Shown piece after piece: positions 27,000 through 38,100 of a stretch of DNA of 64,000 nucleotides (position 1 is the stretch's first letter; each line of letters opens with the position of its first letter). Both the position numbers and the translations under genes were made by a program. Source of the DNA: Antedon mediterranea (taxonomy: Eukaryota; Animalia; Echinodermata). The notes beneath the pieces were generated by a model. That model was given only the letters and a program-made list of their open reading frames with translations. It did not search any database and was not told the origin of the DNA. The stretch spans positions 20,048,101 to 20,112,100 of the forward strand of contig NC_092677.1 in NCBI RefSeq assembly GCF_964355755.1, read 5' to 3'.

Positions 27000-27540
27000 C
27001 AAGAAACCATCTGTATTACTATTAGGAAATTCGCACTTTACCAAAAGCAGATGTAAGCATTACACACGCATACACTAATGACCAAATTGGAAATGCAGTC
27101 GATGAAATCCACGAAACACTTGACTGTATAGAATCCACGAAATAACTAACTCTGTAAAGGAATCAGCTCCAGAAAAGTGCGCAGAAACGCTATACAACAC
27201 AGTCAGTGAGTATGCCACAAAACATCCAGACACTAAATGTTTGATATCACTTGGATTACCACGAGCAGGCCCACTAAATTTCAGAGTTGAAATAGCAAAC
27301 TCATGTATAAAGCACAAGATACAAAATACCAAACCTAACATTCTGCGACAATAGCAACTTCTTACGAAACGGCGAGCTGGTCGACACACTTCTAGCACCT
27401 GATGGATACCATCTATCAGATGGAGGCACCAGCCTATTGGCCAGTAACGTCAGATACAAAGTTGAAAACGTTCTAGGTCTATCTCGCAGAAAAGCTAACA
27501 CAGGAAGAGGTAGACCACGTTACCACAAATTTCAACAATT
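27000..27540 (+). pseudogene. L2-type ORF1 remnant with SGNH esterase-like domain
   Basis: ISLGLPRAGPLNFRVEIAN ... DGYHLSDGGTSLLASNVR. Confidence 0.55.
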
Positions 27541-27673
27541 GTAAGGTAACACAAATTCAGAAAGTTATTGTAACTGAAATTAAGCAGTAGACATAAGCAT
27601 AGTATTATAAATTATATTAATTAAAATAGTTTTTTATAGACAAATACAATCAATAAACATACACAATCAAAGC

Positions 27674-28778
27674 ATGGATAACAATAAAAATAACGGTGAT
27701 GAAAACGAAATATCAAATCCAATGGATATACTATTTAATCCAATATCTATTGATAATGGTAATAATGACCATGACGAATTCATTGAATATAGTCTCAGAA
27801 ACAAGCTAACTGCTATTGAGACATGTTCTTATATGAGTCCATATGAATTGAATGAATCTGTGAAGAAATTAAAAAATATTGGCTACTCATTTCTTCACTA
27901 TAATATTCGAAGTATCAATAAACACATTGATGAACTAACTACATACCTAAACTTAATCAACCACCCCTTTACAGTTATTGGTATATCGGAAACATGGTTA
28001 AACAATACATCGTGCAAACCATATTTGTCAAAGGCATTTGATTTTATTGACCACAGTATATTACTGAACAAGCTATTCCACTATGGTATAAGAGGTGTTA
28101 CACTAAAATGGTTCAGTAACTATTTAAAATCACGAAAGCAATATGTTTTTATAAATGGTACTTCATCTAATATTAAGGAGACTAGTATTGGTGTTCCACA
28201 AGGGTCCGTTTGGGGACCTTTGTTGTTTCTTGTATATGTAAACGATATATGTAACTCAAGTACACAAATTGAATTAATTAGCTTTGCCGATGATACAACA
28301 GGATTCAAGTGTGGAAATAACCTGAACGCATTGGCAAACACGATGAATGTGGAACAAGATAGAATTAATATGTGGTTCAAAGCTAATAAACTTTTATTAA
28401 ACACCAGCAAAACAAATTACGTAATCTTTAAAACTACCCAAAGGCGTATTATTACAACCAACATTGAATTGAAAATGAATAACATTACTTTAGAACAACA
28501 AAAAAATGTAACATTTCTTGGGGTTGTATTAATAAATGAGTACCTTTGCTGGAAAAATCATACAAGGCCTATTAGCAAAAAAACCGCTAGGTCTATTGGA
28601 ATATTGATAAAAACTAGACATTTTTTTCCTAATTATATTTTAACAAATTTGTATAATACATTAATTCTACCGCACCTTCAGTATGGAAACATTATTTGGG
28701 GCAGTACATATGATAGTACACTAGAATCCCTTCTTAAACTCCAGAAAAAGGCTGCTAGAATTATTTTATTTAAAAAGC
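27674..28778 (+). pseudogene. L2-like ORF2 with large in-frame internal deletion, interrupted by LTR element 1
   Basis: EN start HYNIRSINKH..VIGISETWL fused to RT LSKAFDFIDH..GVPQGSVWGPLLF..FADDTT..LQKKAARII; continues at 42936-43281. Confidence 0.85.
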
Positions 28779-29064
28779 TGTCACACAGCCGCAATTACGG
28801 CTCTTTCGGACATGTAATATCTTGTAACCACCGGTAAACAACGGTAAATAGCCACAACTGTACACATATAAATGCAAAAAGTAAATTTAATAATAATCTT
28901 TGACAAACAATTCTTCCTTTATAATCCAAACCCCCCAAAAAAACCCACAAAAAAAAACCCAACCAATTCTCAAATAATGCTACAGTATCCCTATTCCCCA
29001 CACAATTTATACACTTTCCCAAATTCCCAATCCTTCCAGACAAAATATCAACAATCTTCTTATT

Positions 29065-29227
29065 ATTATTATTATTATTATTAGTGTTATTATTACTTGT
29101 ATAGCGCACATTTATACAACATTTAATTATAATCAGCGGCGCTTCACATCAATTAGTATCGTAACATTCTTTGAAATATAGTGCTTTTAAATGTTTTTTA
29201 AACTGATTATAGTCAAGTGCTTAAGAT
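29065..29227 (-). mobile_element. Short 3' tail of an L2-type LINE inserted in the LTR
   Basis: Absent from the other LTR; TSD TTCTTATT (29057-29064, 29228-29235); FKKHLKALYF end, GCGCTATACAAG(TAA)n tail. Confidence 0.75.
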
Positions 29228-32137
29228 TTCTTATTGTCAAATAAATCCCAGAACCCCCCTTCCAAATACAATAATATCACAAGATGAATAATTAAACAAT
29301 AATAAATGTCCACAATATCGTTCCTTCTTTTCTCCTACGCCGACACAAAAACGAATTCGAAAGATAAAAGTTAAAACGATTCTGCAACTAACCAACTCCC
29401 ACGCCTCTGCTCCCGTTCTGCTTGTATTCCCAATTATAATTCTTCTCAAACTGCAACTATTTTCTGACATATAAATAAATGAAATATAAAGTTAAAATGT
29501 TTCCTGATGTCCTTCTGCACTGCAATCCGCTCCCCGATAAATTATTCCTTTCTCCTTTTCCACGTAACATAATATCAGTATCAATAAAGTCAGTCTTCGA
29601 TACTTTCAACAATTCTTTAAAAGCAATTAATTCTGCTATTTCCAACAGTTATTATTCGATTTATTAACTTCCTGTATATCACTTTATTTCATTTCTGCTC
29701 CAGCTCTATATCACCATAATTATTTCCAACTCACAATTTATTAACTTCATGTATATCACCTTATTTCATTTCTGCTTCAGCTCTATATCACCATAATTAT
29801 TTCCAACTCACAATTTACTAACTTCATGTATATCACCTTATTTCCTTTCCGCTTCAGCTCTATATCACCATAATTCTTTCCAACCCACAATTTATTAACT
29901 TCATATATATCACTTTACTTCCTTTCTGCTTCAACATAACATAACCCTCCTTCTCTGTCTCCTCTCAATTTCCATCTCCCTCTCAACCTTCCCTCAATTG
30001 CACACATACCACCACCTTATCCTTCTCAACCAATCAGCAACTCACACACCAACTCAACTCTTACACCTCTCCTCCAATCAGCAACCTCCACACACTCCTT
30101 CTCTGCACACAAACATTCTGCTCCACTGGCTTCAAACAATAGTTTTTTTTCTCTTTTGTGGCGCAAACACCACTTTTATTCACATTCATATTATCTCATA
30201 TTACATAAAATCGTATTATTTAACTTGTAACATTTTTACATATATGAATTCTGTATTACTCCTTTTTTCATTAATTTTCTTATATTTTGTTATACACTTG
30301 ACAGGATCATCATTATCATCTATCCCGTTTTAAAATAGTTCACACATTTTCATTTGTTTGTTTTCATTTTACAACCCGGATTATACAATATATTTATATA
30401 CATGATAAAAAAAAACAATAATAGCTCAGTACCACCAGTAACCCGTATCACTGTAATTCTTTTTCGGTTAATCGTATCAAATTAGAAATTATTTCTTAAA
30501 GCTACCCATTTTTCTATACTTGTTTATTTATTGTTATATGTTTCACATTCAATGTTATATAACATATTGCTTTTAAATGAATTCCATAAAGATTTACCCA
30601 CTGGCTTATTTAGTGCAGATAACATTTTTATTCTATAAATAGTAAATGCTGCAAAAGTGTAAATATAATCTATTAGCTTATCTCCCGTTCCTAGTATTAA
30701 TTGTTTAAATGATATATTATTGTGATTTAAACTTACAAAGATACTAAGCATTTTCCTCCAATATTTCTGAATAAATCTACAACTAAAAAACAAATGATTT
30801 TCATTTTCAATTTCTCCACATTTGTCACACGTTTGTGTTTCCTTAACTTTCCACTGATACAGCCGTTTGTTGGTAGGCAGTATTCTATGTAACATCTTAT
30901 AATTGAATTGTGCTAGTTTCTTATCTTTCATTTTACATACTTTCCGTAACCAAGAAGTTTTCCAATCAATGTTGTTATCATTGAAGTACTCTTCCCATTT
31001 TAGTTGTGACATTGGAATAATGAAATATTCTTTCACAAACCATGAGTATATTAGTTTGGTAGTATTAATCTCATACTTGGTCCCAACTAATTCATCATTA
31101 TCATCACAATTGAAAATATCTACCTCCTTAATAATACGTTTCCATTGAATTGGTATTGCCTTAATAATGCACAAATACTCATTTAACCAGTTTGTTTTAC
31201 ATTGTAGTTTCACAAGTATTTCGTTTGATGTTAAAAAAGTGTTCTTATTAACAATGTCTTTAATACTGATAATGCCACTGTCAATCCAATGCTTGTAGAA
31301 AAGCGATTTTTTTTAGTTTAACGTAGTGGTTTCCCCCACAGTTGCTCATTCATTATATCGTTATAAGTTTCAGGTTTTTTTTTAGAGATTCTGTTATAAT
31401 TTATGTAGGCTTTTATCATATTTTTGTAAAACAGTGGAATTTTATCAGAATTAACATCAATAATGTTATAACATGACATATTAAGTAAAACATTAACATC
31501 ACATATTTTTTTAATATAATACATTGGAATATTTTTCCATTTAGCACCATCATCATTCATAATTCTTTTTAACCAGCCACACATGAGTGCGTTAACATGA
31601 AGAGTAAAATCAGGCATTTTAATGCCTCCCATCTCAACATCACCAATTAGAGTTTTTCTTTTTATCTTTTCCCTTTTATTGTTCCAAATAAAATTATATA
31701 TTAGATTTGTAACTTGTGTATATACATATTTTGGAACATCAGTGATATTTGCAGCATATGTTAATTTAGATAGTGCAAGACTTTTCAGGATTATTATTCT
31801 ACCAAAAATTGAGAGATTTCTAGCATTCCATTGTTTTAAAGTCTTTTCTAGCTCTATTAATTTAACATCCCAGTTTTTTCTGGTACATTCTTCTGTATTA
31901 TACATATATGCCTAAAATTTTGATCGGGTGTTTTACCCAATTTAATTCTAAAGGTCTATCTATTCTGTTCTTCCATTTACCAATCCAAAAAGCATTGGTT
32001 TTTTTTTTATTTAGTGCCATTCCAGATACTTCACAAAAACGTTCAATTACACTGACTGCTGACTTAATACTTTTGTCATTACCAACATACAAAACAGTAT
32101 CATCGGCTAATTGGCTTATTCTAGCTTCTATGTTATT

Positions 32138-33235
32138 TTAATTATTTGGAAGTTTAATACCCTTATAGTCATCTTTGTTTCTTATTCTAGATGCCATTAC
32201 TTCAACCACTAAAATGAATAACAGAGCAGATAGAGGACAACCTTGTCTAATACCTCTTTCCATTTTAAAATTGTTTGAAACCCAACCATTGTTAACTGTG
32301 ACACATTCAACGTTATTGTATAATACTTTTACCCAGTTACAAAAGAACATTCCAAAGTTAAACTTTTCTAGAACATTGAACATAAAATCTCTACTAATAG
32401 AGTCAAAAGCCTTCTTAAAATCTACGGTAATTATTTCCCCTTCGATATCATTACACTCTGTATAATAAAGCAGGTCTTCTATTAACCGAATGTTTTCACC
32501 AGCGAAACGGACTTTTATATAACCTTTTTGGTCTGAACTTACTATTGATTTAATAACTATTTTAAGTCTGTTACTTAATACATGTGCAAACATTTTGTAA
32601 TCGGTGTTTAAGAGGGTAATGGAACGCCAATTATTCAAATTTTTTCTTTCTCCATCCTTGAACAAAAGGGTGATTACACCTCGTTTTTGCGAAAAGGATA
32701 ATTCTTGAGAATTATAACTTTCATTTAACGCATCGCAAATTAAATGTTTAATATTATTCCAAAAGAACACATAAAATTCAACACTTAGACCATCCGATCC
32801 AGATGTTTTATTTTTTTCCATCATTGAAATGGCCTTTTTACATTCATCAATAGTGACGTAACCTTCACAATTTTCTTTTTCTATTTCTGAAAGCTTGTTT
32901 ATAATAGAATTACAAAGGTATTTATTAATTTTTCCAGGGTTTATAACATTTTTTGCGTATAAACCTTCGAAATGTTGTATTTGTTCCTTTAAAATATCAA
33001 TTGGGCTCGTTGCTAAGCTCCCATCTTTAGTAATTAAACTTTTTATGTGTTTCTTTTTACTTTTGGATCTTTCTAACCCAAGAAAGTATTTTGTATTCCG
33101 CTCGCCTTCCTCTATCCATTTTACTCTGGACCTAATTTGCGCGCCTTTTGCTTCTATATTATAAATGTTTTCAAGCTCTATTTTTTTGTTTTCAATTTTA
33201 TTTTCAATGTTTATATCACAATTTTGAGTATTCAT
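32138..33235 (-). pseudogene. Tx1/L1 ORF2 RT core fragment
   Basis: NKTSGSDGL, DFKKAFDSI, GIRQGCPLSALLF; continues via frameshifts in 31898-32092, 31318-31905 and 30524-31213. Confidence 0.85.
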
Positions 33236-33271
33236 AATTGTTTCATTTAAGTTTTTTATTTGTTTTTGTAA

Positions 33272-35729
33272 TTGGTTATCCGCTCTTGGCGGATAATTGG
33301 TTATCCGCTCTTGGCGGATAACCTCTTGTTATTGTCAGGATCTTTTTTTTTTTTTTTTTTGGTTATCCGCTCTTGGCGGATAACCTCTTGTTATTGTCAG
33401 GATCTTTTTTTTTTTTTTTTTTTTCTATGTTATTCTTCTTTCTTTCCCAAAATTTTGTGTCACGTGTATCTCAAATTCTGATCAACATTACATCGTATAA
33501 CTTTGTCAGAAGATTTACCTCTATGTGTAGAAGTGCAGGACAGCTCGTTTTTTTACTTTAGAGTCGCGCAGCGTAAGCTACGCGCGATTTTATGAATTTG
33601 GCGTATTTAACATAGACTAAAAAGCAAAAGTCATTTTGTAATGACACTTGGTGAACATTTAAGTCATATCAAGGGCAAACTTTCTATGGATTAAAAATGG
33701 CATGTTTGACATAAAGTTACGCGCGCACGCGCGTTTAAAATTTCAAATTGCGAAAAATTCATTTCTAATCAACTTTCTACGCGTTTCAGGTCATTTTGAG
33801 CATTTCAAAAATTCCCACGCGTGCGCATATTTTTTACGCGCGCGTGCGCACGTAGCGCAAAAACATCTTTTTTTTTGCTTGATTTTTGTTTTTTCAGCCT
33901 TTTCTAGTACATTTACCAATTTTCAATCAATTTCGACTTAAAATCACGTCATACGAGCACGTAGAATTGAACAATTTGCGCGCGTTTTTGATGAAAAAGT
34001 TCAAAAATTTGTGAAAATTATGCCTTTTTTTAAAAAGTCATAGATTCTAAACTCCGAGGTGAAAATATTTAAAATTTCAGATTCTAGAAGTAGATGAGTT
34101 GTTTTTCTCGAATCATGCATTGATATGGCTAACCAGACATTGTGACGTCATCGTATGGCCACCCGAATATAAAATATAGGATTTTTTTCTCTTTCGTCAT
34201 AGCTCGTCAATTTAATAGAGCGCATCTCTACTTATCCTTATTCCATTTAACTCAATTTTTTTATATTGTCTAGATCAATCAATTACCTTTCGCATGATCC
34301 ACCATTTTAAAAATTGTGATGACGTCATCATGTTCAAATGCGTCAATAACTTTGGTCACTTATTTTCACCTATTCTGCACTGTATGTAGTACGTATACAG
34401 TATATAGTGTTATACCGTATATACTTAGACGCGACGCAACATAGAGAGCGCACTAACATTTTTGAATGCCATAATCGTTTTATTTTTTTGCGCGCACTAT
34501 TCTAACGTATGACGTGCACGTGGCTTTTGCACTGCGGATAACCTAACTCGTCCGTAGTGACGAGTTCAAATCTAGTTTTCTATGTTATTCTTCTTTCTTT
34601 CCCAAAATTTTGTGTCACGTGTATCTCAAATTCTGATCAACATTACATCGTATAACTTTGTCAGAAGATTTACCTCTATCTGTAGAAGTGCAGGACAGCT
34701 GGTTTTTTTACTTTAGAGTCGCGCAGCGTAAGCTACGCGCGATTTTATGAATTTCGCGTATTTAACATAGACTAAAAAGCAAAAGTCATTTTGTAATGAC
34801 ACTTAGTGAACATTTAAGTCATATCAAGGGCAAACTTTCTATGGATTAAAAATGGCATGTTTGACATAAAGTTACGCGCGCACGCGCGTTTAAAATTTCA
34901 AATTGCGAAAAATTCATTTCTAATCAACTTTCTACGCGTTTCAGGTCATTTTGAGCATTTCAAAAATTCCCACGCGTGCGCATATTTTTTACGCGCGCGT
35001 GCGCACGTAGCGCAAAAACATCTTTTTTTTGCTTGATTTTTGTTTTTTCAGCCTTTTCTAGTACATTTACCAATTTTCAATCAATTTCGACTTAAAATCA
35101 CGTCATACGAGCACGTAGAATTGAACAGTTTGCGCGCGTTTTTGAAGAAAAAGTTCAAAAATTCGTCAAAATTATGCCTTTTTTAAAACAGTCATAGATT
35201 CTAAACTCCGAGGTGAAAATATTTAAAATTTCAGATTCTGGAAGTAGATGAGTTGTTTTTCTCGAATCATGCATTGATATGGCTAACCAGACATTGTGAC
35301 GTCATCGTATGGCCACCCGAATATAAAATATAGGATTTTTTTCTCTTTCGTCATAGCTCGTCAATTTAATAGAGCGCATCTCTACTTATCCTTATTCCAT
35401 TTCACTCAATTTTTTTATATTGTCTAGATCAATCAATTACCTTTCGCATGATCCACCATTTTAAAAATTGTGATGACGTCATCATGTTCAAATGCGTCAA
35501 TAACTTTGGTCACTTATTTTCACCTATTCTGCACTGTATGTAGTACGTATACAGTATATAGTGTTATACCGTATATACTTAGACGCGACGCAACATAGAG
35601 AGCGCACTAACATTTTTCAATGCCATAATCGTTTTATTTTTTTGCGCGCACTATTCTAACGTATGACGTGCACGTGGCTTTTGCACTGCGGATAACCTAA
35701 CTCGTCCGTAGTGACGAGTTCAAATCTAG
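33272..35729 (+). mobile_element. HINE/Helentron family A, two head-to-tail ~1154-bp units
   Basis: 5' GGTTATCCGCTCTTGGCGGATAACC (reiterated); each unit ends GCGGATAACC..ACTCGTCCGTAGTGACGAGT..CTAG (34575, 35729); no TSD, T-rich site. Confidence 0.85.
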
Positions 35730-35754
35730 TTTTTCTTTCTTTTTATTCTGGTTT

Positions 35755-36680
35755 TTATTTTTTTTGTTTTCCGTATGCAATTGAAAATTCTTTTATTTTT
35801 GTTTTTACAAGCTCCCATAACAAACTTGCACTTACAGGTTCTCTATTATTTTTTAGTATTGAAACATCAATTATTTTAATTACTGATTTTGTAAATGTTT
35901 CATCTTTCAGAAAGCTATTGTTGAACATCCATAAACCAGGACCGCGTATTTTTTCATGCAAATCTATTTTAATTGATACCGCCTGGTGATCTGTGAGAAT
36001 AGCTGGACGAATGTCACAGGCTAAAACATCTCCATTTGAAAAGAGATCTTCTGATATTAACCAGTAATCCAGCCTACGGAAAATGTTGTTAAATCTCTTA
36101 CGCCACGTAAATTGTCGCTTATTCATGTTTTTGGATCTCCAAATATCATTTAAATTTAAATATTTCATTAGGTTTTTAATCGTAAAAACAGATTTATCAG
36201 ACCTATTTGCGCTACCTTTTTGGTCAATGTCACTATTCATGATGCAATTCAGATCTCCACCTAGAATGATAGAATTACCCTTCCCTCCATCAAAGTCATT
36301 GTAACGTTTGTGTATGGTCCTAAAGAATGCACTTCTATTTTTGCTTTCATTAGGAGCATAAATATTTATAATGTCCAATTCCTTTTCATTTATCATTAAA
36401 TTGAGAAATATATATCTTCCATCAATATCAGTTAACTTTTTAACAATTTTGCATTCAAGACCTTTTCGTAATAGTATCGACACTCCTCTACTATGTGAAT
36501 TACCTATACTATGGATCGCTTCACCTTCCCAAACAAAGTTTGATTTATTAATAATCTCATTTGTTAGATGGGTTTCCTGAAGCAGACATATATCCGCTTT
36601 TTGATCTTTTACCCATTGGAATAGCTTATGTTGCTTATTTATATTTCTAGCTCCTCTAACGTTTAGTGAAACAATAGTTT
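35755..36680 (-). pseudogene. Tx1/L1 ORF2 APE endonuclease
   Basis: TIVSLNVRGARN..DICLLQETH..SRGVSILL..INIYAPN..GGDLNC..FTW..RLDYWL..TDHQAV. Confidence 0.88.
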
Positions 36681-36772
36681 CCTAAAACAAAAGAAAGGTT
36701 CAAATAATGAAAACAAAAGGAAAAGTAAGAATGACTTGCACAATAAATACAAAACTTATGTCACTTGTGACA

Positions 36773-36788
36773 TTTACTCCCCTCTAAA
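36773..36788 (-). promoter_or_regulatory. Polypurine tract of LTR element 1
   Basis: AGAGGGGAG on the minus strand just before the 3' LTR. Confidence 0.7.
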
Positions 36789-36821
36789 AGAAATATGTAC
36801 CAACATTTTCTCTAAACATAT

Positions 36822-38093
36822 TTACACTCGACTTAGATAATCAGCTCCTACATTTTCACTGCCTTTAATCGCCTCTATTCGGAACTTGTACGGTTGTAGA
36901 GCCAGGGCCCATCTCATAATTCGCCCATTGGACAATTTCGCTCGCTGCATAAACACAAGCGGCTGGTGATCAGTCTCCAACGTGAAGTTTCGTCCATATA
37001 AATAAGATTCAAACTTTCGTACACTCCAGACAATGGCTAAACATTCTTTTTTTTCCATCACTGAATATGCTTTTTCTCGAGGAAGTAGTTTCTTGCTAGC
37101 GTACGCCACGGGAAACTTCACGTCACCATACTGCTGCATTAGAACCGCTCCCACTCCACATTCGGACGCATCTGTTCTCAAAATAAAATCTTTGTTTAAA
37201 TTGGGAAGGCATAAAATTGGAGTACTATTTAATTTTTCCTTAAGTTTAACAAACGCACTTTCCTGGGCCTTCTCCCAACATATTCGGTTAGGTTCCCGAT
37301 TCTTCGTTTTGTCGGTTAATGGACAAGCCATTACAGAGTAATTAGGAATGAACTTCCTATAGTAGTTGGTCATCCCAAGGAATGACCGGAGTTGTTTCTT
37401 CGTTTCTGGTTGGTTGGCTGACAAGATGCTTTGTACCTTCTCCACCCTAGGTTGAACCTGTCCTTTCCCTACCACATGGCCAAGAAACTCGATTGTTTCA
37501 TAACCAATGAAACATTTGCTCGGTCGAGCAGTTAGGTTGGCCCTGCGGAGACGTCCAAACAATTCAGACAAACATTTCATATGTGAATCCCAAGAAGCTG
37601 TGTGAATTAGAATGTCATCAATATAATTACTAAGTGTATTATCCATTCCTTTGAGTAATTTTCTCATGATACGACTGAAAGTAGCTGGTGCATTGACTAA
37701 GCCGAACGGCATGACATTAAATTGAAACAAACCATCTGGTGTTAGAAAGGCTGTTAAAGGTTTTGACGCTTCATCCATGGGAACTTGCCAATACCCTTTA
37801 CTTAAATCTATCTTAGTAAAATAATGATCGTGGGCCAACCTTGTGAACAGTTCCTCTTGGTCCGGGATCGGTTCGGCGTCAAAAACTGTAACCTGATTAA
37901 GTTTCCGAAAGTCCACGCAGAATCGATTTGACCCATCCGGTTTCTTTACCAATACTATTGGAGATGCAAACGGTGCCCCTGAAGGCTCCACTACACCCAG
38001 ATTTAACATCATATTTACCTCATCCTTAATGGTACCTCGCAACGCATGTGGAAGTGGATAGGGCTTGGAACGGATTATATCATCAGTTTCCAA
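36822..38093 (-). CDS. LTR element 1 reverse transcriptase-RNase H
   Basis: RFCVDFRKLN, DLSKGYWQV, MPFGLVNAPATF, YIDD, LRTDASECG, ETDHQPL, NVGADYLSR. Confidence 0.92.
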   Translation of the reverse strand: METDDIIRSKPYPLPHALRGTIKDEVNMMLNLGVVEPSGAPFASPIVLVKKPDGSNRFCVDFRKLNQVTVFDAEPIPDQEELFTRLAHDHYFTKIDLSKGYWQVPMDEASKPLTAFLTPDGLFQFNVMPFGLVNAPATFSRIMRKLLKGMDNTLSNYIDDILIHTASWDSHMKCLSELFGRLRRANLTARPSKCFIGYETIEFLGHVVGKGQVQPRVEKVQSILSANQPETKKQLRSFLGMTNYYRKFIPNYSVMACPLTDKTKNREPNRICWEKAQESAFVKLKEKLNSTPILCLPNLNKDFILRTDASECGVGAVLMQQYGDVKFPVAYASKKLLPREKAYSVMEKKECLAIVWSVRKFESYLYGRNFTLETDHQPLVFMQRAKLSNGRIMRWALALQPYKFRIEAIKGSENVGADYLSRV

Positions 38094-38100
38094 CTTGATT

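Larger units (their letters stand above)
30146..36668 (-). mobile_element. 5'-truncated L1/Tx1-clade LINE (ORF2 only, frameshifted)
   Basis: TSD AAACAATAGTTT (30134-30145, 36669-36680); EN SLNVRG..LQETH..NIYAPN..GGDLN..RLDYWL..TDHQAV; RT GAQIRSR, WRSITLLNTDYK, GIRQGCPLS, LADDT; C-terminal CDKC..HLFFSC. Confidence 0.92.
28779..36772 (-). repeat. 3' LTR of element 1, split by insertions at 29065-29227 and 30146-36668
   Basis: Near-identical to 41639-42930 once inserts are removed; contains ~77-bp internal tandem repeats at ~29660-29935. Confidence 0.9.

Noticed and set aside
28795-30333. Small ORFs duplicated at 41732-42971
   Set aside because: They are LTR sequence; duplication reflects the two LTRs, and no protein motifs are recognisable.
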